A stretch of 16,690 nt of DNA from Octopus sinensis (Eukaryota). Under the pieces are notes generated by a model that did not search any database, was not told the origin of the DNA, and worked only from the letters and a program-made list of their open reading frames with translations. The stretch is from NCBI RefSeq assembly GCF_006345805.1, contig NW_021825134.1, positions 1 to 16,690 on the forward strand. Reading direction: 5' to 3'. Of this stretch, positions 1-9,879 are shown piece by piece. Numbering within the stretch: the first letter of the stretch is position 1; each line of letters opens with the position of its first letter. The position numbers and the translations under genes are program-made.

Positions 1-106
1 TGGAATATTTCTTAAGTATGTGGTTGAGTATCTGCGGCTACTGGATGTTATTTCTCCTCTGTATTAGTGTCTTGCTGAGAGTATCGTTTATGAATGAGTG
101 ATTGTA

Positions 107-128
107 TGTGTGTGTGTGTGTGTGTGTG
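107..128. repeat. (TG)n microsatellite
   Basis: Pure TG run. Confidence 0.9.
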
Positions 129-651
129 CGAGTATGCATAAGTAATGTGTAGAAGTATAGGGCTGCATTATAAAATACTCCCATGTCTTATGTGTATGTA
201 TAGATATCTATCATATGTGTGTGTGTGTTTGTGCACGTATTATATATGTTTATATAACATACATATATATGAGCGTGAGCATGTATATATATTTTTTGTA
301 TTTTGAAATTAGCTACTTCATCTTTAAATATGAGAAATTAAATATATTAGGTTTTCATTATATACTACGTTTATAGAGATTATTTTAGATCTTGATTATA
401 ATATTTATATATATATTTTTTTTCATTGATAATTTATATATATTAGTCATTTCAAATATCTATATAAGTAGATATAGACTAATGGATATTAGAATATGGA
501 TTTCTACCTTATAAATTAAAGTTAATATTTAACATTATAGTCGATTTCGATACAATCATATTTAATAATAGAGTTTATTATAAGTAAATTTTATTTTAGA
601 TTATATAGATTATTTATATCTTAAAAATATTGATTATATTTTAGATTGAAA

Positions 652-715
652 CCACCTGAAGAATGTCTACTACTCAAAGATTTGATGAAAAGAAGACATG
701 AAACAATCGTAGTGG
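652..715 (+). ncRNA. Minimal type I hammerhead ribozyme (HHR-1)
   Basis: Stem I CCAC (652-655)/GTGG (712-715); core CTGAAGA (656-662); stem II ATGTCT (663-668)/AGACAT (694-699); GAAA (700-703); C-AATC-G minimal stem III; GTA triplet (709-711). Confidence 0.85.
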
Positions 716-839
716 ATATTAATAATTGTTAAATTTTAAATAATATAAATTAATTTATGTATTGGATTAAGTCTTTCTTTGTTTGATTTGCATAATAGTG
801 GTTTTGTCTCTAATTTAATATAATATATATATATATATA

Positions 840-970
840 TACTCTTTTACTTGTTTCAGTCATATTATTATTATCATAATTATTATTTATTTTATATATA
901 TTATATATATATATATATACTCTTTTACTTGTTCCAGTCATATTATTATTATCATAATTATTATTATTTA
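840..970 (-). repeat. Two tandem copies (period 78 bp) of a SINE 3' tail plus AT-rich segment
   Basis: TACTCTTTTACTTGTT(T/C)CAGTCATATTATTATTATCATAATTATTAT starts at 840 and 918. The first ~23 nt are the reverse complement of the SINE tail seen at 12622-12648. Confidence 0.8.
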
Positions 971-1965
971 TAATATATATAAGATATATATATATATTAT
1001 ATAATATTATATAAATACATATACATATATATATATACATATATATATACATATAATACATATACATATAATACATATATACATATACACATATTATATA
1101 TACATATACACATAATAATATAATATATACATATATACATATATTACATATACATATATACATATACATATATATACATATATACATATATATACATATA
1201 TACATATATATATACATATATACATATATATACATATATACATATATATACATATATTAACATATATACACATATATACATATATATACATATATATACA
1301 TATATACACATATATACATATATAATAATATATACAATATATATACATATATATATACATATATATATACATATATATATACATATACATATATCTATAC
1401 ATATATATATATCATATATATATATACATATATATATACTAACATATATATATATATATACATATATATATACTATTCCTATACATACATATATACATAT
1501 ATATACATATATATATATACATATATATACATATATATATACATATACATATATAACATATATATTATACATATATATATACATATATATACATATATAC
1601 ATATATATATACATTATATATACATATATACATATATATACATATATATATACACATATACATATATATATACTATATATATACATTATATATAATATAA
1701 TATATACATATATATATAATATACATATATATTATAATATATACATATATATAACATATATATATACATATATTATACATATATATACATATATATATAC
1801 ATATATATACATATATATATACATATATATACATATATATATATATACATATATATATATAGATACATATATATATTATATACATATATATATATACATA
1901 TACATAATATATATATATACATATATATATATACATATACATATCATACATATACATACATATAC

Positions 1966-1998
<33 letters not shown>

Positions 1999-2161
1999 CA
2001 TATATATATACATATATATATAATATACATATATATATATACATATATATATATATACATATACATATATATACATATACATATATATACATATACATAT
2101 ATACATTATATAATATACATATATATATATATACATATATATATACATATATATATTATAC

Positions 2162-2192
<31 letters not shown>

Positions 2193-3217
2193 CATTATAT
2201 ATATAATATATATTATATATACATATAATATACATATATTACTATATATATATATACATATATATATATACATATAATAATATACATAATATATATACAT
2301 ATATATACATATACATATATTACTATATATATATATACATATATATATAATACATATATATACATATATATACATATACATATATATACATATATATATA
2401 CATATATATATACATATTATATATACATATATATATATATACATATATATACATATATATATATAACATATATTACATATATATATCATACATATATATT
2501 ACATATATATATACATATATATATATATACATATATAACATATTATATATATACATATATATCATATATCTATATATACATATATATACATATATATATA
2601 TATACATATATATACATATATATAATAATATATAATATACATATATATATACATATATATACATATATATATATACATATATTATATATATACATATATA
2701 CATATACATAGATATATATATAACATCTATACATATACATATATACATATACATATATATACATACAATATACATATACATAATAATATCTATACATATA
2801 TATATATACATATACACAGATACATATATATATATACATATACATATACATAATATACATATACATATATACATAGACATATACATATACATAGATGCAT
2901 ATACATATATACATACACATATATACATACTATATATATACATACATATATACATACATATATACATACATACATATATATATACATATATACATATACA
3001 TATATATATACATACATATATACATATATATATACATACATACATATATATATACATACATATATACATACATATATACATACATACATATATATATACA
3101 TACATATATACATATACATATATCATATATATATATACATACATATATACATACATATATACATACATATATACATATACATATATATATACATACATAT
3201 ATATATATACAATATAC

Positions 3218-3270
<53 letters not shown>
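971..3270. repeat. ~2.3-kb compound microsatellite (TA)n/(TATATAC)n/(CATA)n
   Basis: Almost only A/T with interspersed C on the + strand and very few G. It generates all the Y/I/M/C/V-rich ORFs in the track. Confidence 0.95.
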
Positions 3271-3275
<5 letters not shown>

Positions 3276-3330
3276 AAATAAATAAAAATAATAATTATGA
3301 TAATAATATGACTGAAACAAGTAAAGAGTA
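3271..3330 (+). repeat. Inverted copy of the 840/918 SINE-tail plus AT unit
   Basis: ATAATAATTATGATAATAATATGACTGAAACAAGTAAAGAGTA is the near reverse complement of the 840 unit. Confidence 0.8.
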
Positions 3331-3331
3331 C

Positions 3332-3395
<64 letters not shown>

Positions 3396-3404
3396 CATAC
3401 TCTC

Positions 3405-3618
3405 TACTCTTTACTTTTTTCAGTCATTTGACTGTGGCCACGCTGAGCACAGGCTTTAGTCAAGCAAATCAACCTCAGGACTTATTCTTTGTAAGCCTAG
3501 TACTTATTCTATCGGTCTCTTTTGCTGAACTGCTAAGTTATGGAGACGTAAACACCACCATTGGTTGTCAAGTGATGTTGTGGGGACAAACACAGACAAC
3601 AATACACACACACATACA

Positions 3619-3652
<34 letters not shown>

Positions 3653-3824
3653 TACATATATACGATGGGCTTCTTTCAGTTTCCGTCTACCAAATCCACT
3701 TACATGGCTTTGGTCAGCCGAGGCAATAGTAGAAGACACTTGCCCAAGGTGCGATGCAGTGCGACTGAACCTGGAACCATGTGGTTTGTAAACAAGCTAC
3801 TTACCACTCAGCCACTCCTGCACC
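3405..3824 (-). mobile_element. Full-length tRNA-derived SINE (family A) with internal (CA)/(TA) tract
   Basis: Reverse complement aligns end to end with the copy at 12296-12648: tRNA-like head GGAGTGGCTGAGTGGTAAGTAGCTTG...GGTTCCAGGTTCAGTC, body and GACTGAAAAAAGTAAAGAGTA tail. Confidence 0.85.
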
Positions 3825-3956
3825 TTTTAAAAAGAATATTTGCATAGCATTCAAATACAAGAGGCATATTCCTTGTTTCTGCCTGAGAGACAGAGACAGT
3901 CAGAAACAAGGAAATTGCCCCTTGTATTTGAATACTATGCAAAAATTCTTTTAAAA
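3825..3956. repeat. 132-bp near-perfect palindrome (MITE-like foldback)
   Basis: Arms of ~60 bp, TTTTAAAAAGAATATTTGCATAGCATTCAAATACAAGAGGCATATTCCTTGTTTCTG and its near reverse complement, around an ~11-nt loop. Confidence 0.85.
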
Positions 3957-4000
3957 TATTTTTTATTTAATTTTTCCAAAACTTAATTGTTTTCCATAGT

Positions 4001-4040
4001 TACAGTTGAAAAAGTCTAAATGACCGAAACCGGTGCTGAA
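4001..4040 (+). ncRNA. Decayed minimal hammerhead relic
   Basis: CAG-TTGAAAA-AGTC TAAAT GACC-GAAA-CCGGT-G-CTG. It has HHR topology and a palindromic ACCGGT stem III, but C3U, G8A and G at position 17. Confidence 0.4.
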
Positions 4041-4151
4041 ATGTTTTTTATAAAATTATTTTAGTATCTTCTACCTTGACTTTTTTCCATATATATATCA
4101 ATTCATGTGTTCCCTTTCAACCTTCTACATATATATATATACACATACAAA

Positions 4152-5063
4152 TACACACAAAAGTCACCCAAAAGAAACTGGAATTTTGCTTGCAATATTA
4201 TTTTATTCACCTAGTTTTACATTTTTACACTTTTATCACCTTTAAAGTATTCTACATTTGAAGCAATGCATTGGTCTAGACGCGTTTTCCACTGTTGAAA
4301 GCTATCCTAGAACTCTTGCAGAGTGATGCTTTTTAATGCCACCATTTTTTTTCTTCACCTTTTCCACATCTGCAAATTCCATAGCACCAGCTTTTTGTCA
4401 TCAGTAATGACCTTCGAAAAAAGGTCCAGATCAACTTCCAACTGTTCTTTCAGTTCACAACACGCATTCAGTCATGACTGTTTTTGATCTTCTGTGAGCA
4501 AGTGAGGCATAAATTTTGCTGCATCTCTTTTCATTCACAACTCCTTGCTCAAAATTTTTGGCAGGAGCTCCAGGACACACCAGACATATCAACAAGTTTG
4601 TCAGTTGTTTGGTGGCAGTCTTTCAAGATCAGTTCATGAATTTTCATGACATTTTCATTCATTCAGGGTTCAATGGGCACCCTGAACAAGGTTGGTTTCA
4701 AGCAACAAGTGACCATTCCTAAAGCATGAAAACCACTCATAAACTTGTGTTTTGCTCATGGCAGCATCCTTGTAAGTTGTTAGAAGCATAATAACTGTTT
4801 TGGCTGCCATTTTCCCCAGCAGTAAACAGAATTTCATGGAAGTACATTACTCCTTTGCTTCAATCATCGCAAAATATCGATGAACAGGGGAGAAGCACTG
4901 CAAAGCATAGATACACCACATGGCAGTAGGACTACACTTCATTCTGCCAGTCAGTTTACTGATGTTTAAGGGTGCATCAAGTGGCTTCTAGTAGCAGAAG
5001 CCTGAACTACAACAGGCTTGTCCCACAGAGAACGTTTCTTGTTACTTTTGGGTACTGCTCGTA
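4152..5063 (-). mobile_element. Internally deleted, decayed mariner (Tc1/mariner) DNA transposon
   Basis: Minus-strand translation gives mariner-like NENVMKIHELILKD, SGVSWSSCQK, CELKEQLEVDLDLFSKVITDD and C-terminal QQWKTRLDQCIASNVEYFKGD, with stops and frameshifts. Degenerate TIRs share ACCCAAAAG.AAC..GAA at ~4152-4183 and 5036-5063. Both ends abut TA-rich repeats. Confidence 0.9.
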
Positions 5064-5782
5064 TGTATATATATATATATATAATATATATTATATATTT
5101 ATATATTCAGATGGAACTTATATTAAAAACTAACAATTTCTATAGAGTATTTAAGTATAAAAATATATTTTAGTGTATCTAGCTGTATTATAACAATAGT
5201 TATGGATTTTAACCCCTTACCCAGCAAGAACAAGTTAACTTGTCTTCACACAATTTGTCCAAAACATATAATTTCAAAAACAGCCACACAAAGTTTATAT
5301 GTCAATTCTCATCATTTCTCGCTTTTTTCTGTTTCATTTTATAAATTATGCCCAGATGTCAAGCACAGAAGAGAACATTGCTAAAAGAAAAATACTAAAA
5401 AGGAAGACAAACTAAAAAAAGAGTAAAATAGATGTGTAATTCCCCTTTAGTTTTGATGATAAAGTTGGAAAAAAAAATGCAATAAATAAATAAAAATATT
5501 AAAAAAAATATGGGAAGAATAGTTGACCTCAATTTTGCTGAAAATGGTATCTTCAAAATAAAATTTCAAGTAAAATATTGGAAATGGATAAAAACAAAAG
5601 TTATTTCCATAATCAGCATTAAGAATACTATTTTAAAAAAGCAGTAAAAAAATTTGTCAGAAAATGAAACATTTTCTCCAAAAAAAGTCGCCGGGGAAGG
5701 GATTAAACAATATTTCAACAAACGCACATTAATATTGTTTTTCCATATATTTACTTTATATGCTTTAATCTATACCCATCTA

Positions 5783-6440
5783 CAATACGAAATTACATTA
5801 CTCTCATCCTTCATTATAACCAATTCTTTATTTACTTATATATTTGAACTGCTAATCTTTAATATAATGGTGTTCATATTTTTCTTATTGATATCAACCC
5901 CTATATTTCATAAACTCTGTCTATAAATCTCCTTTTAGTTTCACTTTGTTACTATTTTTTCTCTTTCTTTTCAATCTTTTATTTTCGATATTACTAATGA
6001 TAAATATATGATTTTCCTTTCCTTATACCTCAGCTATCTACTAATTATTTTTTAATATCTTAATAAGTTTCCTTTCTCTTCTTAGAAAACCATCTTATTA
6101 ATTTCTATTAATCTTATTCTTATTGTCTTCCATACTTTAAGATTATTTTCTTTAAATATTTACTTATATCTTCAAACTTTTTATTTTTTAAACTTAATAT
6201 TGTCCATATTTTCTTGTTGATATCAATCCCTATTTTTCGTAAACATTGTCTCTAAAAACTTTTATTCAGTTTCAGTTTGTTATTTTTTCTCTATTCTTAC
6301 AATCTTTTATTTTCTGGGTTATTAATGATAAATATATCACTTTCCTTCTCTTATACTAATAATATCTACAAGTTACTTTTCTTTATATTTCTAAAATTCC
6401 CTTCCCTTTGTTAGAAAACTGTCTTATTATTTTCTATTAA
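5783..6440. repeat. Diverged tandem duplication, ~329-bp unit x2
   Basis: GATATCAA at 5890 and 6219, and TTCTATTAA ending at 6111 and 6440, give a constant 329-bp offset. Identity is roughly 70-80% by eye. Confidence 0.8.
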
Positions 6441-6892
6441 GAGTGTGATGGGTGCTTTTTATGTACTAGTGGCATGGATGCTACTTGCATGGAACCACGA
6501 GTACCATTTCCATAACACTGGCAACCGCCATGACTATGGTTTCACTTAGCTTCACAAGTCTTCTCAAGTACAGCATATCGTTAAAGTCTTGGTGATTTAT
6601 CTTAAGGTTTTATGTTTTAAAATTGACTGTGTTCTTGAAACATTACATCAAGAGATTATTATTTAACACAGATGTTTTCTTCTCACTCAATGAGCTAGCT
6701 TAATGTCTGTATTGATTTAAAATACACACATGCTTATGGATATAAATATGTATGTATATTTCAGTATATATTTATGTATATATATATATGTATGTATGTA
6801 TGTATATTTATATCTATATATATAAATATTCGAATGTGTGTATTTTATTTATTTTATATTTACATTTATTATAACTTAACATTATGTACTTT

Positions 6893-7021
6893 ATAATCTC
6901 TGATGAAGCCTAGAGATATATACAAGTACCTCATGTTCATCTACCTATTACTTCAATCCACTTGAGTAATAAAGGTAGAATGAGGTATTTTTATCTACTG
7001 GCTGAAACAGCTGTAAGTTAT
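6893..7021 (+). ncRNA. Type I hammerhead ribozyme with 97-nt extended stem II (HHR-2)
   Basis: Core CTGATGA (6900-6906). Stem II (6907-7003) is closed by AGCC/GGCT, with TACCTCAT/ATGAGGTA, TCTACCT/AGGTAGA, TATTACT/AGTAATA and TCAA/TTGA helices. GAAA (7004-7007); palindromic ACAGCTGT stem III; GTA triplet (7013-7015); stem I ATAA(T)CT/AGTTAT. Confidence 0.85.
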
Positions 7022-7415
7022 TTTCCCAATTTATATTCATGTTTTTTATAATAATTTCTGGTATCCTTATATATTACTATATTTTATATATTATATGTAA
7101 AGAATATGTTATATGTATGTATATTATTGTAATTATCAGTTTAGTAAATAAATAAATAAATAAATAAGTTAACATAATATAATGTCTAAATGTTGATGAA
7201 CCACCTATTGTTCTCCTCCATTTTCTTATTGCTATATAAGTTAATGGCAAAATATCTCTTTACCTTCACCCATTTAGTACATTAAAACATTAAGTAATGA
7301 AATTGCAATGCAATAAAAAAACATGTGTATTAATAATTGGGTATTCTATCAGCAGTATATTGGATAGATATTATCCCTTAGTGGGTTGGATTCACACCCT
7401 CTAACTTTCTTGGAG

Positions 7416-7416
<1 letters not shown>

Positions 7417-7456
<40 letters not shown>
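7417..7456. repeat. (TA)20 microsatellite
   Basis: Pure TA run. Confidence 0.9.
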
Positions 7457-7458
<2 letters not shown>

Positions 7459-7573
7459 TGAGTGTATTTTTACTTGTTAACAATTAACACGGAAAAATAA
7501 ATAAATAGTTACCAGGGCACCAAAAATCTCACAAGTAAAGATGTTGTAACTCCTTGTTTATAAAGATTATAAA

Positions 7574-7650
7574 GAAGAGAAGATTGCATTGTTTATACCA
7601 TTTATTCTTTTGAATAGTATCAGTGGAATTTTCGAAACATATGTAGAAAG
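7574..7650 (+). ncRNA. 5'-damaged hammerhead motif
   Basis: GAAGA (7574-7578), stem II GAAGATT/AATTTTC with an internal hairpin, then GAAA-CATATG-TA (7634-7645, palindromic ACATATGT). The core CT is replaced by AA and the proximal 5' strand of stem I is missing. Confidence 0.45.
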
Positions 7651-7704
7651 TAAAAATACTTGTTTAAACCTGCGTTAACTCCATTTTTTATTCATAGTGG
7701 TTAT

Positions 7705-7857
7705 TCGGAGTGGTTGGCGTTAGGAAGGGCATCCAGCCGTAGAAACTCTGCCAGATCAGACTGGAGCCTGGAGCAGCCCCTGGCTTCCCAGACCCCGGTC
7801 GAACCGTCCAACCCATGCTAGCGCGGAAAACGGACGTTAAACGATGATGATGATGAT
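7705..7857 (+). mobile_element. 5'-truncated SINE (family C) ending in a (GAT)n tail
   Basis: GGTTGGCGTTAGGAAGGGCATCCAGCCGTAGAAAC...AACCCATGCTAGCGCGGAAAACGGACGTTAAACGATGATGATGATGAT. It resembles a common octopus SINE 3' half (from recollection, not searched). Confidence 0.65.
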
Positions 7858-7864
7858 ATATATA

Positions 7865-8250
7865 GGCCAACGAGGGTATGGACGCCGCTATATATAAATG
7901 TGTAGAAAAATACAAACTGGGACAAAAACGTAAAACATTTAGAAGACGATACAAAAAACACGGATGGGACATTCGAAGCCTTCAATCTTCAGTCAAGAAC
8001 CGGATCATCCTAGCAATTTCGGCTGATTAATCTTGAGATCGCTCCGATCCGGCCAACCCCAAGAAAAAACTAAGCTACGAGCATTAGATTTCTTGGAAGA
8101 AGGATCGAATGTATACAAAACAGGGATAGAAAAACGGACGATGCCACACGAATATAAAATACAAAAAACAATAATGGTAAAAACAGGACAAAAACAGCAG
8201 GTGTCTTACGACTAATAAACAGTACAAGTTTAGCTGGCGTATTTGGAAAT
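7865..8250. repeat. Unclassified interspersed repeat fragment with a structured core
   Basis: Higher-GC, CpG-containing island between microsatellites, with several complementary segments at 7993-8096. The family cannot be assigned from sequence alone. Confidence 0.4.
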
Positions 8251-8298
8251 ATATATATATATACATACAAATATATATACATACAAATATATATACAT

Positions 8299-8343
<45 letters not shown>

Positions 8344-8451
8344 AATATATATATATATATATATATATAAATATACATATATATATATACAAATACCACA
8401 CACACATATATATACATATATGTATATATATATGTGTGTGTATATATATAC
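8249..8451. repeat. Compound (TA)n/(TACAAA)/(CA)n microsatellite
   Basis: Low-complexity run that produces the ORFs at 8070-8545. Confidence 0.9.
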
Positions 8452-9239
8452 ATGTCCTTGAAACCCCTTTCATTGCTGAACAGTATTCTATGAAAAGAGA
8501 ACTTCTGAGTCGACTTAATCCTAAGAACAATATCCAACAATACACGATTTCTTTATGTATAACTATATCTTGCCAGGTGACTAAAAGTATTTTTGAAAAA
8601 CATTAAATGTTGAAGGCTTGTAAAGTTTTGATGTATGGTTATAAGTAGTCTGTGTCTCACAACCATAAAAAATGAAGTGGAGATAGTTGCTTAGAAATAC
8701 TATTTTCACAGCTTTTGAAAGGATACGGATGCCTGGGATGGTCTAGAATTTTCATGTCCAGATGCAGTCACTAGAAATAATGCTACTTTGGTAGCTGTAC
8801 TGGAAGAGAGTGGCTAGCTATTGCTATCATTCTGAGAAAGTTGAGGTGGGATCATGGAAATAAAGAGTAGTGCAATATGCAATGATAAATTACCTGTTTC
8901 CAGGGTGTAATTATAAAGTCCAGTCTTATCTAAGCAGTATTGGCTGCTGCAATAATGACCCTAAAGGCTTCTTGAGTGTGTGCTAGAGTTATCAGCAAGG
9001 TTTAGTTCAATGATCTGATCAGATTTGAGCTTGGTGATAACCTTCAGGCTTCTGATGTTGAAAAGATCCCTGTTGAGTTAGAATGGTGATGACTACCTTT
9101 CTTTCCATTCCTCTTCAAAGTAGTACTGTGAAACAGCTAAGGAGGAGGTTCAATCACACTGCATGGCGCCCTGAGCAAGTCTTCTACTATAGACTTCAGC
9201 TAATCAAAGCCTTGTGAATGGATTTGATAGAAACAGAAA

Positions 9240-9472
9240 AGGCGGCGGGCAGGCAGAAACATTAGCATGCCAGGTGAAATGCTTAGCGGTATTTCGTCTG
9301 CCATTACGTTCTGCATTCAAATTCTGCCAAGGTTGACTTTGCCTTTCATCCTTTCGGGGTCGATAAATTAAGTACCACTTACACACTGGGGGTCGATGTA
9401 ATCAACTTAATCCCTTTATCTGTCCTTGTTTGTCCCCTCCATGTTTAGCCCCTTGTGGGCAATAAAGAAATA
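9240..9472 (+). mobile_element. tRNA-derived SINE (family B), nested insertion with 11-bp TSD
   Basis: tRNA-like head with A-box-like GGCAGAAACATTAGC and B-box-like GCATTCAAATTC, and an A-rich 3' end. TSD AGAAACAGAAA at 9229-9239 and 9473-9483. Confidence 0.85.
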
Positions 9473-9491
9473 AGAAACAGAAAGAAGCCCA

Positions 9492-9571
9492 TTGTGTGTG
9501 TGTATCTTTGTGCACATATCTTTGTGTGTGTGTATCTTTGTGCACATATCTTTGTGTGTGTGTATCTTTGT
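9492..9571. repeat. 30-bp tandem repeat (~2.7 copies) in the SINE variable region
   Basis: TTGTGTGTGTGTATCTTTGTGCACATATCT with period 30. Confidence 0.9.
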
Positions 9572-9879
9572 TTCTCCTCACCACCACTTGGTGTTGCTGT
9601 GTTTATGTCCTCATAACTTAGTGGTTTGGCAAAAGAGGTTGACAAAAAAAGTACCAAGTTTCAAAAAATGAAAAAAAGTAAGTACTGGAATCAATTCATT
9701 CAAGTAAAAGGTGGTGCTCTAGCATGGCCACAGTCTAATAACTGGAACAAGTAAAAGATAAAAGTCTCCTCAAGTTAATGCTAGATCTAATAGAATACTT
9801 CTCATCTACAACTGCAGAAGAGGGCATCAGTGATACACAATCCTGACACAACTCAAACTACATCTTATCTCTAATTTTC

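Larger units (their letters stand above)
9147..9764 (+). mobile_element. SINE family A copy (5'-eroded), interrupted by a nested SINE
   Basis: GGTTCAATCACACTGCATGGCGCCCTGAGCAAGTCTTCTACTATAG...GATTTGATAG resumes after the insert at GAAGCCC and ends GCATGGCCACAGTCTAATAACTGGAACAAGTAAAAG. Colinear with 12296-12648. Confidence 0.8.

Noticed and set aside
1-100. Possible end of a Penelope RT/GIY-YIG ORF upstream of HHR-1
   Set aside because: No diagnostic motif in any frame, and the segment is cut by the window edge.
810-3398. Many long Y/I/M/C/V/H/T-rich ORFs
   Set aside because: These are translations of the TA/CA microsatellite, which lacks stop codons in several frames, so they are not genes.
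3308-3847. 179-aa ORF on +
   Set aside because: It is a chimera of a SINE tail, a (TA)n run and an antisense SINE.
6112-6440. Minus-strand frame interrupted only by TAA/TAG (alternative genetic code idea)
   Set aside because: This is expected in very AT-rich DNA, the frame is not kept in the second unit, and the flanks are typical metazoan repeats.
6446-6596. Higher-GC patch resembling a fragment of a common octopus retroelement tail
   Set aside because: The resemblance is from memory only, with no second copy in the window to confirm it.
7965-7995. Minus-strand CTGAAGA...TTCGAATGTC hammerhead-like string
   Set aside because: It has GAAU instead of GAAA, a poor stem II and no stem I pairing.
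9086-9140. GTGATGA-CTAC...GTAG...GAAACAGCTA
   Set aside because: Six extra nucleotides lie between stem II and GAAA, the core is mismatched and there is no stem I.
9492-9571. 30-bp repeats as a CRISPR array
   Set aside because: The repeats are head-to-tail with no spacers, lie inside a SINE and are in a eukaryotic context.
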